Below, piece by piece: positions 50,380 through 60,336 of a DNA stretch of 64,000 nt; positions within the stretch are counted from its first letter, which is position 1; every line of letters begins with the position of its first letter. Source of the stretch: Desulfobacterales bacterium (GTDB lineage Bacteria; Desulfobacterota; Desulfobacteria; Desulfobacterales; UBA5852); assembly GCA_963674755.2 (NCBI GenBank), contig CAXXVS010000002.1, positions 1,760,001 to 1,824,000 on the forward strand, written 5' to 3'. The notes beneath the pieces were generated by a model. It saw only the letters and a program-made list of their open reading frames with translations, did not search any database and was not told the origin of the DNA. A program made the position numbers and the translations under genes.

Positions 50380-52137
50380 TTAGGGACGGCTGGCAAGCCG
50401 CGCCTCGGCTTCCTCCGCCGGCAGCGGCGGGCTGAGGTAGAATCCCTGGGCCTGGTGGCAATGCCGGTCTCTGAGAAAGGTCAAACTCGCCTCGGTTTCG
50501 ACCCCTTCGGCCACCGCTTCGATCTGCAGCTTGTGACACATCTCGATGATTGCAGAAATAATGGCGCCGTCGCGTCCTCCCAGGTCGGCATTGCGGATGA
50601 ACACCTGGTCGATCTTCAGCTTGTCGATATGGAACAATTTGAGATGAATCAGGGAAGAGTAGCCCGTGCCGAAATCGTCCAGGGCAATCTTGACCCCCAT
50701 GGCTTTGAGGGCGTTCATGATGGCGATGGCACGGTCGGTGTCGTGCATCATGGCGGTTTCGGTGATCTCGAACTCCAGAAAACAGGGATCAAAACCGGTG
50801 ATGTCCAGGATCGACTTGATTTTGGTCAGCAGTTGCCGATCGAAAAACTGACGCACGGACAGGTTGACCCCCAGACGCAGCTGGTCGAAGCCTTTGTCAT
50901 GCCAGCATTTCCCCTGCCGGCAGGCGGCATCGAGGGCCCAGTCCCCGATGTCGATGATCATGCCGGTCTCCTCCGCCAACTGGATCAACTGGTCGGGGGG
51001 CACAAATCCCATTTCCCGGTCCTCCCAGCGAATCAGGGCTTCCATGCCGACCAGCCGGCCGCTGTCGATGTGGTACTGGGGCTGGTAGTAGAGCTGAAAC
51101 TTCTGGTTTTTGATGGCGTCGCGCAGCTTGTTCTCCAGCCGCATGCGCGCTTTGGCCTTCTGGTTCATATCCGATGAGTAGTAGCGGAAGGTATTCTTGC
51201 CGACCTCTTTGGCCTTGTACATGGCCGTGTCGGCGTTCTTGAGGAGGGTTTCCACATCCTGGCCGTCATCGGGGTAGAAGGCGATGCCGATACTGGTGGA
51301 AATGAACAGCTCCCGGCCGCCGACCTGAAACGGCTCCTTGAAGAGGTTCAGGATGCGTTCCGCGATGCCGGAGGTGACTTTCTTGTCGGCAATGTCCGGG
51401 ATAATGAAGGTAAACTCATCCCCGCCGATGCGGGCCAGATAGTCCTGGTTGTCTTTGCGCTCCAGTCTCAGGAACTCGTTGATCCGGCCGATGATATCGC
51501 CTCCCCGCAGATAATGCTTGAGGCGCCGGCCAACGCCCACCAGCAGATTGTCGCCGGCCGTGTGGCCGAAAGTGTCGTTGACCTTTTTGAACTCGTCCAG
51601 GTCGAAGAAGAAGACCGCCACCGATTTGCCGGTCCGCTTGGCACTGTTGATTTCGCGATTGAGCAGGTCCAGGAACAGGGGCCGGCTGGGGAGGTTGGTG
51701 AGGGAATCGTAGTAAGCCAGGAATGCGATTTTTTCCTGACTCTTTTTCAGCTCCGTGATGTTGCGGGATATCACGGCCGCATAGGATACCTGCGTACCCG
51801 ACGTGAAACAGGGGGTATAAATGGTCTCGATATAGTTTTTCTCATTTTTTTTGAATTCGTAAGAGGCGCGGTAGGATACGGTTTTGCCGCGGAAGCATTC
51901 GTCCAGTTTTTCTTTGATGACCTGCTCAAAGATGTCCTGCCCCCAGATTTCCGCGACCGTATGGTTGACGATCTTGTCCTTGGTTAATTTGCGGGAATTC
52001 AGGTAGGCGTCGGTTACGATCCGGTAGGTGTAGTTGCGGTCGATCAGGGTGATGGAGTCGTGGGACGCATTGACCATCATCTTGTACAAGGCCAACTCGT
52101 GCTGCTTTTCTTTATCCAGAGAATTTTCGGTGTTCAT
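50380..52137 (-). CDS. PAS-GGDEF-EAL c-di-GMP enzyme
   Basis: RIGGDEF, EALIRW, DDFGTGYSS, AEGVE. Confidence 0.94.
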   Translation of the reverse strand: MNTENSLDKEKQHELALYKMMVNASHDSITLIDRNYTYRIVTDAYLNSRKLTKDKIVNHTVAEIWGQDIFEQVIKEKLDECFRGKTVSYRASYEFKKNEKNYIETIYTPCFTSGTQVSYAAVISRNITELKKSQEKIAFLAYYDSLTNLPSRPLFLDLLNREINSAKRTGKSVAVFFFDLDEFKKVNDTFGHTAGDNLLVGVGRRLKHYLRGGDIIGRINEFLRLERKDNQDYLARIGGDEFTFIIPDIADKKVTSGIAERILNLFKEPFQVGGRELFISTSIGIAFYPDDGQDVETLLKNADTAMYKAKEVGKNTFRYYSSDMNQKAKARMRLENKLRDAIKNQKFQLYYQPQYHIDSGRLVGMEALIRWEDREMGFVPPDQLIQLAEETGMIIDIGDWALDAACRQGKCWHDKGFDQLRLGVNLSVRQFFDRQLLTKIKSILDITGFDPCFLEFEITETAMMHDTDRAIAIMNALKAMGVKIALDDFGTGYSSLIHLKLFHIDKLKIDQVFIRNADLGGRDGAIISAIIEMCHKLQIEAVAEGVETEASLTFLRDRHCHQAQGFYLSPPLPAEEAEARLASRP

Positions 52138-52227
52138 CTTGAGGAGCCCTCCACGTTGTCCATATGTGGGGTGAGTCTACCAGATTCAGGCCTCTCACGC
52201 CACCTTATGATAGTAGGCGAGGAGCGC

Positions 52228-52421
52228 TTGCTATCCATCCGCAAATGGCATCTTTCGGCCCCTGGCGGCGTTCGCGCTTGTTTTCAATCCTCGAAATAGC
52301 GCGCTATTCCTCCGGTTGACACCCACCGTTGGGGATTGATCAGACGGGAAGTCCCGCAAAACGGGAAAACGCGCTCAGGCCTTGCCAGAAACCAAAATCG
52401 TCCATTTATGAACGGGCACTA
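52228..52421. mobile_element. MITE-like element, copy 3 (inverted relative to copy 2, about 48-bp insert)
   Basis: aaatggcatcttt.gg..cctggcggcgtt and gccttgccagaaaccaaaatc...gggcacta match the reverse complement of 35864-36009. Confidence 0.72.
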
Positions 52422-52710
52422 GCTTAACGGTCGTCACGTCTGACGCGATACCAAAACCACGATCCGGTCTGGGTGACGCCAAGGCTGGAAAGCGGTCGTT
52501 GACCATGTCAAAGGGAAGAAAAGAAGGGGCCGCTTTCAACACCGGGAGTTGATCGCTGTCCGGTGTCCCGCTGCCGCCCCGGCGTTCTCAAGGGGGCAAG
52601 CATGAAACCCGTTTTCAGCGCAGGTGTGGGAATGAGATAACGCCAAGGGCGGTCGCATGACACCCGGCCGGAGGGCTCCTGGGCCGAAGACCCGATCAGC
52701 GGTTGGTCCT

Positions 52711-53190
52711 TTATCGCTGGCTTTGTTCCTGAAGTTGGATCAATCTTTTCATGGCCTGCCGGCGGAAGGTTTTCGCCGGTCGGCACGCCAGAAGATCCCG
52801 GATGATGGCCATGGCCTGCAGCGCATCGCCGCCAGCCTCGTAGGTGCAGCTGAGCAGCAGCAGGGCTTTAGGCTGCCAGGAGCCATCCTTGGCAGCCGCC
52901 AATTCCAGGCAGCACCGTGCCTTTTCAAGATCGGAGGCCTGGTAAAAGGCCACACCGAATCTGAATAGCTGATCACCGGGAAGCGCCCTAATGTGCCGGG
53001 GGAAATGATCCCGCACCAACCGCACGGCGCTGGGGAAGTCCCTGGTCATGACCGCCGCAAGCCGGCTCCTAAAGCAGTCCCCCACCTTTTCCACGTCTTC
53101 CTCAGCGGTGCGCTGTCCAGGGCTCTGATCGGCACTCGTGGGCCGATCACGTTCACGCCTTTCGCTGACCATCGCTCGTGCTACCTTCAT
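52711..53190 (-). CDS. TPR-like hypothetical protein (start uncertain)
   Basis: LFRFGVAFYQASDLEKARCCLE and KALLLLS..YE..G...A TPR-like helices. Confidence 0.6.
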   Translation of the reverse strand: MKVARAMVSERRERDRPTSADQSPGQRTAEEDVEKVGDCFRSRLAAVMTRDFPSAVRLVRDHFPRHIRALPGDQLFRFGVAFYQASDLEKARCCLELAAAKDGSWQPKALLLLSCTYEAGGDALQAMAIIRDLLACRPAKTFRRQAMKRLIQLQEQSQR

Positions 53191-53488
53191 ATCGCCCGTC
53201 CCGGGTATCAATCGTTTTGGATTACCCTTTAGGTGACCTTGGGCGGCCAAAAGGTTCATGGCGGATCCGGCGATGAAGCAGGAATGTATTATGGGGCGGC
53301 CAGGCTGGCAAACCGGCGGCAAGACTGGGGCCTCCTGGAGATACCGTGGGCGCAAGCAGCGCCCCACCACCGGGCCCATCAGAATTATTTTCCTTTCGGG
53401 GAAGACTTATCGTATAAGCGCCGGCCGCTCTCCACGGGCACGGTTCATGGCCGCGCCCGTGCGCAACCCCTATTCCCGAGGTGCCATC

Positions 53489-53830
53489 ATAAGCGGCAAC
53501 CCTTGTTTGGAGTGCGGGGACTGTTGTGCGTTTTACCGGGCATCTTTTTACTGGGGCGAGACCGACGAGATCACCCTGGGCGGGGTACCCGCGGATTTGA
53601 CCGTCAAGATCAACGAGCGTTTCGTGGCCATGCAGGGCACCCGGTGCCATCCCCCCCGCTGTGTCGCCCTCATGGAAGCGATCGGGGTCCATGTCTCGTG
53701 CCGCATCTATGAACGGCGGGCCTCCGTATGCCGCTCGTTTCCCCCGTCCTGGGAGGACAACGTGCATAAACCCCCGCTGTGACGAGGCCCGGCAAGGTTG
53801 GTCCCTCCCGCCCTTACCCCGGATTCGTGG
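53489..53830 (+). pseudogene. YkgJ-family cysteine-cluster protein, disrupted
   Basis: NPCLECGDCC, RCVAL, CRIYERRASVCRSF; ATA at the expected start after a GAGGT RBS; extra A at 53768-53770 shifts the HNPRCDEAR..W.LPPL tail. Confidence 0.75.
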
Positions 53831-54157
53831 CATGGGCCGGCAAAGATGCCGCGAAGCGCTTGCCAAGAAGAAAATCCGCACTTTCCGCCGGTCTCACGGT
53901 AAGGCGCGTCATTCGCTCCGCCGCGTTATTCAGCGGCTGACGCCTGCACCGGCCTGGCGCCTCTGTCATCCGGGGGCGGCTCACGGGGATATGTTGCGGA
54001 TTAGCGGCGATGCCGGGGATTGATCAGGAAAGCGCATGGTCGCGCGTCGGCAATGGAAGGTCTGAAAAACGGTCGACGGCCGCCTGTGGATTGTTTCGTA
54101 CTCCCGTCAGCGGCCCCAGGTCGATGGCCCGGGTCTGACATCAGGTCCCTTTTCATT

Positions 54158-54424
54158 CTAGTGGATGTCAAGCTTTTCCGGTTCGCAAAGCAGCCGGGAG
54201 TTGATCGCGGTCTGTCCGCAGTTCCGGCACTGATACCGTTCCACATGGGTACGGTTGTGGCAATATTTGGGGGGCAGGCCTCCCTTGCCACCGCACCAGT
54301 CGGCCTTGGTGCCGGTCCCCTGGACTTCACAGATATTTTCGGGATCCAACGCAACGGCACCGCATTGGGCACAGATATAAGCATGGGTATCCTTGGGCAA
54401 AGGGATATGATTGGGTTCGTTCAT
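54158..54424 (-). CDS. Small Cys-rich protein with duplicated Zn-ribbon-like motif
   Basis: YICAQCG.VA.....IC and YQCRNCG.TA.....LCEP; AAGGAGG RBS. Confidence 0.8.
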   Translation of the reverse strand: MNEPNHIPLPKDTHAYICAQCGAVALDPENICEVQGTGTKADWCGGKGGLPPKYCHNRTHVERYQCRNCGQTAINSRLLCEPEKLDIH

Positions 54425-54872
54425 TTTGCAGCCTCCTTTCACAACGAGATGCCGATGCCGGGCAATCTGAACACTCCCTAAGGGATGATCTTCTATCTGA
54501 CAAGGACATGCTCAGCCATCGGTGATTTCCACAGGAAAAGAATAAGATCGTCCCGGCAACGCGTCAATATGGCAGGCCCTGCGGTCCGCCGCCGGGCAGC
54601 AAAAAGCGGCACAAGGCTCAAGGATGTCAATAGCGACCCAATCGCTTGATTTACGGCCCTGTTGCTGATATAGGCAATCGGCTGTCCGAATCCATCGGAC
54701 CATTCGCGTCGTACACGATTTCCGGTACGACCTGTGACAACCCCCAACGGGAGATTATTTGTGGACCCCGACAGTCCCAGCTTCCAACCGTTTAGTCCCG
54801 GCCGCCAGGTTCGGGCCCGACATGACATGGGGGTGTGGATCACCCCCGCCTAAGCCACGGGAGGTGATACAA

Positions 54873-55313
54873 GTGAAGCATTCCGCCATCGGCAGCCACT
54901 GCATCCTCGAGCTGCACGGTTGCCCGTACGACATTCTCGACAATGAGGCACTGGTGCGCAACGCCATCGTCGCGGCCAGCCAGAAATCCCTCTCCACCCT
55001 GCTGCACTTAAGCAGCCACCGCTTCGAACCCCAGGGGGTCACGGCCGTCGGGCTGCTGGCCGAATCGCACATTTCCATCCACACCTGGCCCGAACGAGGC
55101 TATGCCGCCTGCGATATCTTCACCTGCGGCGCAGCGTCCCGGCCGACCCAGGCCTGCGATTTTCTGGCGACGACCCTGCGCGCCGCCAACCAGTCGTTGC
55201 AAGTCCTGGCACGGGGCCAGCGGCCGGCGCCGGCGGTCTCCGCAAGGCTGCCCCGGACCGCCCGGAACCCGTCTCCGCCCGTGCAGGCCGAACCGCAATG
55301 GGTGGCCAATTGA
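54873..55313 (+). CDS. speD: S-adenosylmethionine decarboxylase proenzyme
   Basis: GSHCILEL, FEPQGVT, LAESHISIHTWPE, CDIFTCG; GGAGGT RBS before GTG. Confidence 0.93.
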   Translation: MKHSAIGSHCILELHGCPYDILDNEALVRNAIVAASQKSLSTLLHLSSHRFEPQGVTAVGLLAESHISIHTWPERGYAACDIFTCGAASRPTQACDFLATTLRAANQSLQVLARGQRPAPAVSARLPRTARNPSPPVQAEPQWVAN

Positions 55314-56233
55314 GCCGCCCCGCGCCCATACGGGAGCCTGTCACCGCCTCTGACGCCTATCTGCACGGCGTGGCCGAGGTGCTTCTGGACCGCCGGACCG
55401 CGTTCCAGCGGCTGCGCATCGTGCGGTCGCCCGACTTCGGCAAATCGCTGGTGCTGGACGACGCCTGGCAGGTCAGCCAGGAAGACGAGTTCCTCTATCA
55501 CGAAGCGCTGTGCCATCCGGCCATGCTGCTCCACGGGACCCCGCGCCGGGTGCTGCTGCTGGGGGGGGGTGACGGAGGCCTCCTGCGGGAAGTGCTGCGC
55601 TGGAAAACGGTGGAGCGGGCCGTCCTGGTGGACATCGACGGAGAGGTGATCGCCGCCTGCCGCGAGCTGCTGCCGGAAATCCACCAGGGGTCCTTCGACG
55701 ATCCGCGAGCCGAAATACAAACCGCCGACGCCTGGGACTATTTGCGGCAAACGCCAGGCGGCTGGGACGTGATCCTGTCGGACCTGACCGACCCCGCCGA
55801 AGACGGCCCCTCGGCGCGGCTCTTCAGCGTGGACTATATGCGTTTGTGCCGCGAAGCCCTCGCGGCCGGCGGAACCTTTGCCATCCAGGCCGGGGCGGCC
55901 TGCCCGCCCCGGCTGGACCTGTTCGCGCGGGTCATGGCCACCGTCCGGACGGCGTTCGCGCACACCGGTTTCTGCGCCGTCCATGTCCCCACCTACGGGG
56001 TAAGTCTGGGACTGGCCCTGGGCGCCGCGCGTGAGGTGGTCTTCCCTCCTGCCGCCGATATCGACGCCATCCTGGCCAAGCAGGTACGCGGTGAGCTGCG
56101 CATGCTCGACGGCCGCGCCGTGCAGGGACTGTTCCATCCACCCCGCCACCTGCGCCGGGCCGCATCCGCCGACGTCCCGCCGTTCACCCTGGCCGACGGG
56201 GCCGACTACACCCGTGACGTGCTGGGCGGGTAG
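55298..56233 (+). CDS. speE: Spermidine synthase (polyamine aminopropyltransferase)
   Basis: FQ..I, FGK.L.LD, DEF.YHE.L.HP, LGGGDGG, VDID, DVILSDLTDP. Confidence 0.9.
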   Translation: MGGQLSRPAPIREPVTASDAYLHGVAEVLLDRRTAFQRLRIVRSPDFGKSLVLDDAWQVSQEDEFLYHEALCHPAMLLHGTPRRVLLLGGGDGGLLREVLRWKTVERAVLVDIDGEVIAACRELLPEIHQGSFDDPRAEIQTADAWDYLRQTPGGWDVILSDLTDPAEDGPSARLFSVDYMRLCREALAAGGTFAIQAGAACPPRLDLFARVMATVRTAFAHTGFCAVHVPTYGVSLGLALGAAREVVFPPAADIDAILAKQVRGELRMLDGRAVQGLFHPPRHLRRAASADVPPFTLADGADYTRDVLGG

Positions 56234-56413
56234 AAGCCCCTTGCTCACACCAGACCACCAGAAAAAATCAAAAGCGGGTTGCCAAAGGGCGGCGCAGTTC
56301 TTAAAACCTGTTCGGCTGAAACCGGCGCCAGGGTGGATGCAACCCCCTGCCCGTCACCCACGCCCTGTAGCCTTTACGTCACCCTATCGAGTAGGTTGCG
56401 ACCGCGTTATACA

Positions 56414-57802
56414 ATGAAAACGACCCGTGCCGGTTCGCCGGTGATGATCCTGACCACGGTCTGTATCGCCCAGTTCATGGCCCCTTTCATGCTCACCAGT
56501 GTGGGCGTGGCCCTCCCCTCCCTGGGCCGCGACCTGGGAGCCTCGGCTGTGCAGCTCGGGCTGGTGGAGCAGCTCTATGTGCTCTCCCTGGCCATGACCA
56601 TGCTCACTTTCGGACGCCTGGGAGATATCGCGGGCCAGCGGCGGGTCTTCATGGCCGGCCTGGCCCTCTTCACTCTGATGACCTTCCTGCTGGGCTACGC
56701 GGGGCGCATCCAGACCGTGATGGCTTTCCGTTTCGTGCAGGGCATCGGGGCCTCCATGTATCTGGCCGGCAGCATGGCGCTCGTGGCCGCGGCCTACCCG
56801 CCGGAGCGACGCGCCCGCAAGATCGGACTCGTCTCGGCCTTCACCTATGCCGGACTTTCCGTCGGGCCCGTGATCGGCGGGTACGTCACCCTACACTTCG
56901 GCTGGCGCCACGTCTTCCTGCTCTCCGTTCCCATCGGCATCGCGGCGGTTGCCATGTGTCTCTTCGGCATGCGGGAAATGGAGAAAAATGCCCAAGGGGA
57001 ATCCATGGACTGGAGCGGCAGCCTGGCCTATGCCGCCAGTGTCGGTCTGATCATGACCGGGGCGGCCCATGCCAAGGCTTTCTTATGGGCCCTGCCCATG
57101 ATCGTCGCCGGGGCGGCCGGGCTCATTCTCTTTATCCGCATGGAGATCCGGCGCCCTAATCCCCTGCTGGACGTCACCCTGCTGACCCGCAACCGCTTTT
57201 TCACGTTGAGCTGTCTGGCGGCCATGGGCAACTACGCGGCGACCTTCGGCATTGTCTTCCTCATGAGCCTCTTCCTGCAGTATGCCAAGGGGCTCACGCC
57301 CCGGCAGGCGGGCTTCGTTCTTCTCTCCCAGCCCCTGATGCAGATCGGGGCGGCCCTGCTCTCCGGCCGGCTGGCCGAACGATTCGACATCGCCAAGCTG
57401 GCCACCAGCGGCATGCTGGCCAGCTCGGCCGGGCTGCTGCTGGCCGCTGTCACCGCGCGCTCGGGGGTCCCTCTGGTGGTTGTGGTCCTGGAGCTGATGC
57501 TGATCGGCGCTGGCTTCGGCATTTTCATCACACCCAACTCCACCGCCATCATGGGCAGCGTCGAACGCCGGCAGTTCGGGGTGGCCTCGGGCATGATCGG
57601 CGCCATGCGCACCCTGGGCATGGCCGTCAGCCTGACCACCATCGCCTTGATCTTCTCCCTGATCATGGGTCAGGCCGAAATCAGCCCCCAAACCCTGCCC
57701 CATTTCCTGCTCAGCATGCGCACGGGGCTGGTGGCCTACGCCATCTTCTCCTGTCTGGGCGTGATCCTGTCCTTCAGCCGGGGCCGACGAAGAAACGGAT
57801 AG
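56414..57802 (+). CDS. MFS transporter (DHA2 type, 14 TM)
   Basis: GRLGDIAGQRR motif A, GPVIGG, WRHVF, PLLD. Confidence 0.92.
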   Translation: MKTTRAGSPVMILTTVCIAQFMAPFMLTSVGVALPSLGRDLGASAVQLGLVEQLYVLSLAMTMLTFGRLGDIAGQRRVFMAGLALFTLMTFLLGYAGRIQTVMAFRFVQGIGASMYLAGSMALVAAAYPPERRARKIGLVSAFTYAGLSVGPVIGGYVTLHFGWRHVFLLSVPIGIAAVAMCLFGMREMEKNAQGESMDWSGSLAYAASVGLIMTGAAHAKAFLWALPMIVAGAAGLILFIRMEIRRPNPLLDVTLLTRNRFFTLSCLAAMGNYAATFGIVFLMSLFLQYAKGLTPRQAGFVLLSQPLMQIGAALLSGRLAERFDIAKLATSGMLASSAGLLLAAVTARSGVPLVVVVLELMLIGAGFGIFITPNSTAIMGSVERRQFGVASGMIGAMRTLGMAVSLTTIALIFSLIMGQAEISPQTLPHFLLSMRTGLVAYAIFSCLGVILSFSRGRRRNG

Positions 57803-57948
57803 AGGCTTCGCGGCGTCCCTTGCAGGCGCCCACACAAAACTGCCACCGACCCATCACGTACCCATCTCATTAGCAAACCCCCAACTCAAACCTCTTCCGT
57901 ACCGCATTCGAAATTAGGTCTTGACAAAAAGATCACATCTGCCCTAAT

Positions 57949-57976
57949 TGTCGACAGTCGTCAGACGACAGTCGTC
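57949..57976 (+). promoter_or_regulatory. Putative GntR operator array
   Basis: Four tandem heptamers tgtcgac/agtcgtc/agacgac/agtcgtc just downstream of TTGACA (57921). Confidence 0.6.
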
Positions 57977-58009
57977 AAATTTGATTCACCCCTCAGCAAA
58001 GGAACCAAC

Positions 58010-58696
58010 ATGTCGGGATTCGATATGAATGCGGTCAGAGCCGTTCAAAGCCGGTCGCTTGCAGGTGTTATTTGCGAACAGCTGGAAGAAATGATTCTGG
58101 CTGGGAAAATTCAGCCCGGTGAACGGATCAACGAAAGCCAGCTGTCCAGCCTGCTCGGTGTCAGCCGCGCCCCGATTCGTGAAGCCTGCCGGCAGCTGGA
58201 GCGTCACGGCATGGTTGAAGTGCGTGTTAACCGGGGAACCTTTGTCAAAGAGATCGATCTGCAGGAACTCGAAGAACTGTACGAAATCCGTTCGGCGCTG
58301 GATGCCTTGGCCGGCGAAAGGGCCGCCCAGGTGATCACCGACCAGGAATTGGAGGAACTCCAAGTCCCTTTGGAGGTCATGGAAGCGGCGACCCGATCTG
58401 AAGACCATAAACTCTACTATCAGGGCAATCTGGATTTTCATATGTGCATCATGCGCATCGCGGGAAACAAGAACCTGATTTCCATCTATGAAGGCGTTTG
58501 CAAAAAAGCATCCCTTTTCAGGCGCACCAGCCTTTCGCTACCGGGGCGATTGCCCGAATCCCTGCGCCAACACCAAACGATTTACACCGCGATCGCTGAG
58601 CACGACGCAAGGCAGGCAGCAACCCTGATGCGGCATCACATCGTGGATGCCAAGATCGCCCTCGTGGCAGCGTGCCAAAAATCGGAAGACCAATAA
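58010..58696 (+). CDS. GntR (FCD) family regulator
   Basis: PGERINE..L...LGVSRAPIREA; FH and H..I in the FCD domain. Confidence 0.93.
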   Translation: MSGFDMNAVRAVQSRSLAGVICEQLEEMILAGKIQPGERINESQLSSLLGVSRAPIREACRQLERHGMVEVRVNRGTFVKEIDLQELEELYEIRSALDALAGERAAQVITDQELEELQVPLEVMEAATRSEDHKLYYQGNLDFHMCIMRIAGNKNLISIYEGVCKKASLFRRTSLSLPGRLPESLRQHQTIYTAIAEHDARQAATLMRHHIVDAKIALVAACQKSEDQ

Positions 58697-58729
58697 ACAA
58701 AACCAACAACGGCAAAGGAGGGTACCACC

Positions 58730-59665
58730 ATGCGTAAATCAGCCTTGGTATTGACAGTGGCATTGATGGCGTTGGTATTGATTGCATCTTCGACGACGGC
58801 AGGGTCTTATCCCGAAAAACCGATTTCACTCATATGCTGGTCGAGTGCAGGTTCGGGTCACGACCTCATGGCCCGGATGGTTGCCAAGGTCGGTGAAAAA
58901 TACCTCGGCCAACCCATAGCGGTTTTGAACAAAAAGGGCGGCAAAGGCAAAGTTGCCATGTCCTATGTGCTCAACAAGAAGCCGGATGGCTACACCATCA
59001 TGACCAATACCCGCAGCATGACGGAAAGGCTTTGTGATCCCAGCGCGCCCATCAATGTCGACAGCTTCCACTACGTCTGTCGGGTGGTGATCGATCCCTT
59101 CGTGGTTCTCGTCAACAAGGACAGTCAATTCAACACCCTGCAGGAGCTCATTGCTTATGCAAAAAAGCATCCCCACAAACTGAAGATCGGCGGCTACAGC
59201 GTGCAGTCGGTGGATCAGATGCTGGTGAACAAAATCATGAAGGCCACCGGGATCCAGATGAACTATGTCCCCTACAAGGGCGGCATGGAACCAGTAGTAG
59301 CGGTTCTGGGCGGGCACATCGATGTGGCCGTGGCCAATCCCAGTGAAATGATTGCCAACTACGAAAGCGGAAACGTCAAGGTTTTGGCCACCTGCAGCGA
59401 AAAACGTTTCGCACCCTTCACCGAAGTCCCGACCCTCAAGGAAGTCGGCATCGACGTTACCGAAGAGCACTGGCGCGGCATCATGGCTTCCGCCGAGGTG
59501 CCCATGGACATCATCACAGTGCTCGACGAGGCCATCCGCAAAACGATCAAGGATCCCGAGTTCCAGCAGTTTCTCAAAAAGGCCAACATGTACGACGGTT
59601 ACATGCCCCACGACAAGTTCCGGGAACTCGTCGTTTCGCAGACGGAGGAGAGCTGTAAGAAATAG
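58730..59665 (+). CDS. tctC: Tripartite tricarboxylate transporter substrate-binding protein
   Basis: YPEKPI, KPDGYT, VPYKGG, LGGHID, VPTLKE. Confidence 0.92.
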   Translation: MRKSALVLTVALMALVLIASSTTAGSYPEKPISLICWSSAGSGHDLMARMVAKVGEKYLGQPIAVLNKKGGKGKVAMSYVLNKKPDGYTIMTNTRSMTERLCDPSAPINVDSFHYVCRVVIDPFVVLVNKDSQFNTLQELIAYAKKHPHKLKIGGYSVQSVDQMLVNKIMKATGIQMNYVPYKGGMEPVVAVLGGHIDVAVANPSEMIANYESGNVKVLATCSEKRFAPFTEVPTLKEVGIDVTEEHWRGIMASAEVPMDIITVLDEAIRKTIKDPEFQQFLKKANMYDGYMPHDKFRELVVSQTEESCKK

Positions 59666-59886
59666 CAACCTGGAAAGGGAATTTGGATTCGTGCGAACCG
59701 GCTGCGGTCCATCCCCGCGTCCAGGGTCACGGCCAACGGCAGCCGGTTCGACCCGGTTCAGATTCGATAGGGGTCGCGGCATCGCAATGCACCTCACATG
59801 ACGATGCCAGCCGACCTGCGGATCTGAATAATCAATCAGTCAATCCAGGACGCCCTTAGCGGCGGATGAGGGAACGGAGAAGCAGC

Positions 59887-60336
59887 ATGGTGAAAACCGA
59901 TCGTTTCGTGGCGTTGATCATCATCGGCGTATCCATCTATTTGTACACTCGAACGGGCCGGTTTTTGGATGAGACGTCCGTCGATCCCATATCGGCGGCC
60001 TTTTTCCCGCGGGCCATCCTCATCGCCCTAATGGCCTGCAGCGCGTGGCTGGTCCTCAAGAGCAAGATGCCGCCGGCCGTTTTCCCCGCACCAGCAGGCG
60101 TCGCCTTGGGGGCCGTTCAGATTGTCGTCTACGTCATGCTGATCGAACCGGTCGGCTACTTCATCGTGACGCCGCTGTTCCTGCTCATATTCCCGGCGAC
60201 ACTGGGCTACCGAAGATGGGGGTGGCTGGCCGGCCTGGCGTTGGGTGGCACGGTCCTGGCCTATGGTGTTTTCACCAGGGTATTGGGCGTCCCCTTGCCC
60301 ATGGGCGTTCTGGAGAATATCGGAGGGCTGTCATGA
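59887..60336 (+). CDS. tctB: TTT small permease
   Basis: FFPR, GYF, F...LGVPLP; four TM segments. Confidence 0.88.
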   Translation: MVKTDRFVALIIIGVSIYLYTRTGRFLDETSVDPISAAFFPRAILIALMACSAWLVLKSKMPPAVFPAPAGVALGAVQIVVYVMLIEPVGYFIVTPLFLLIFPATLGYRRWGWLAGLALGGTVLAYGVFTRVLGVPLPMGVLENIGGLS

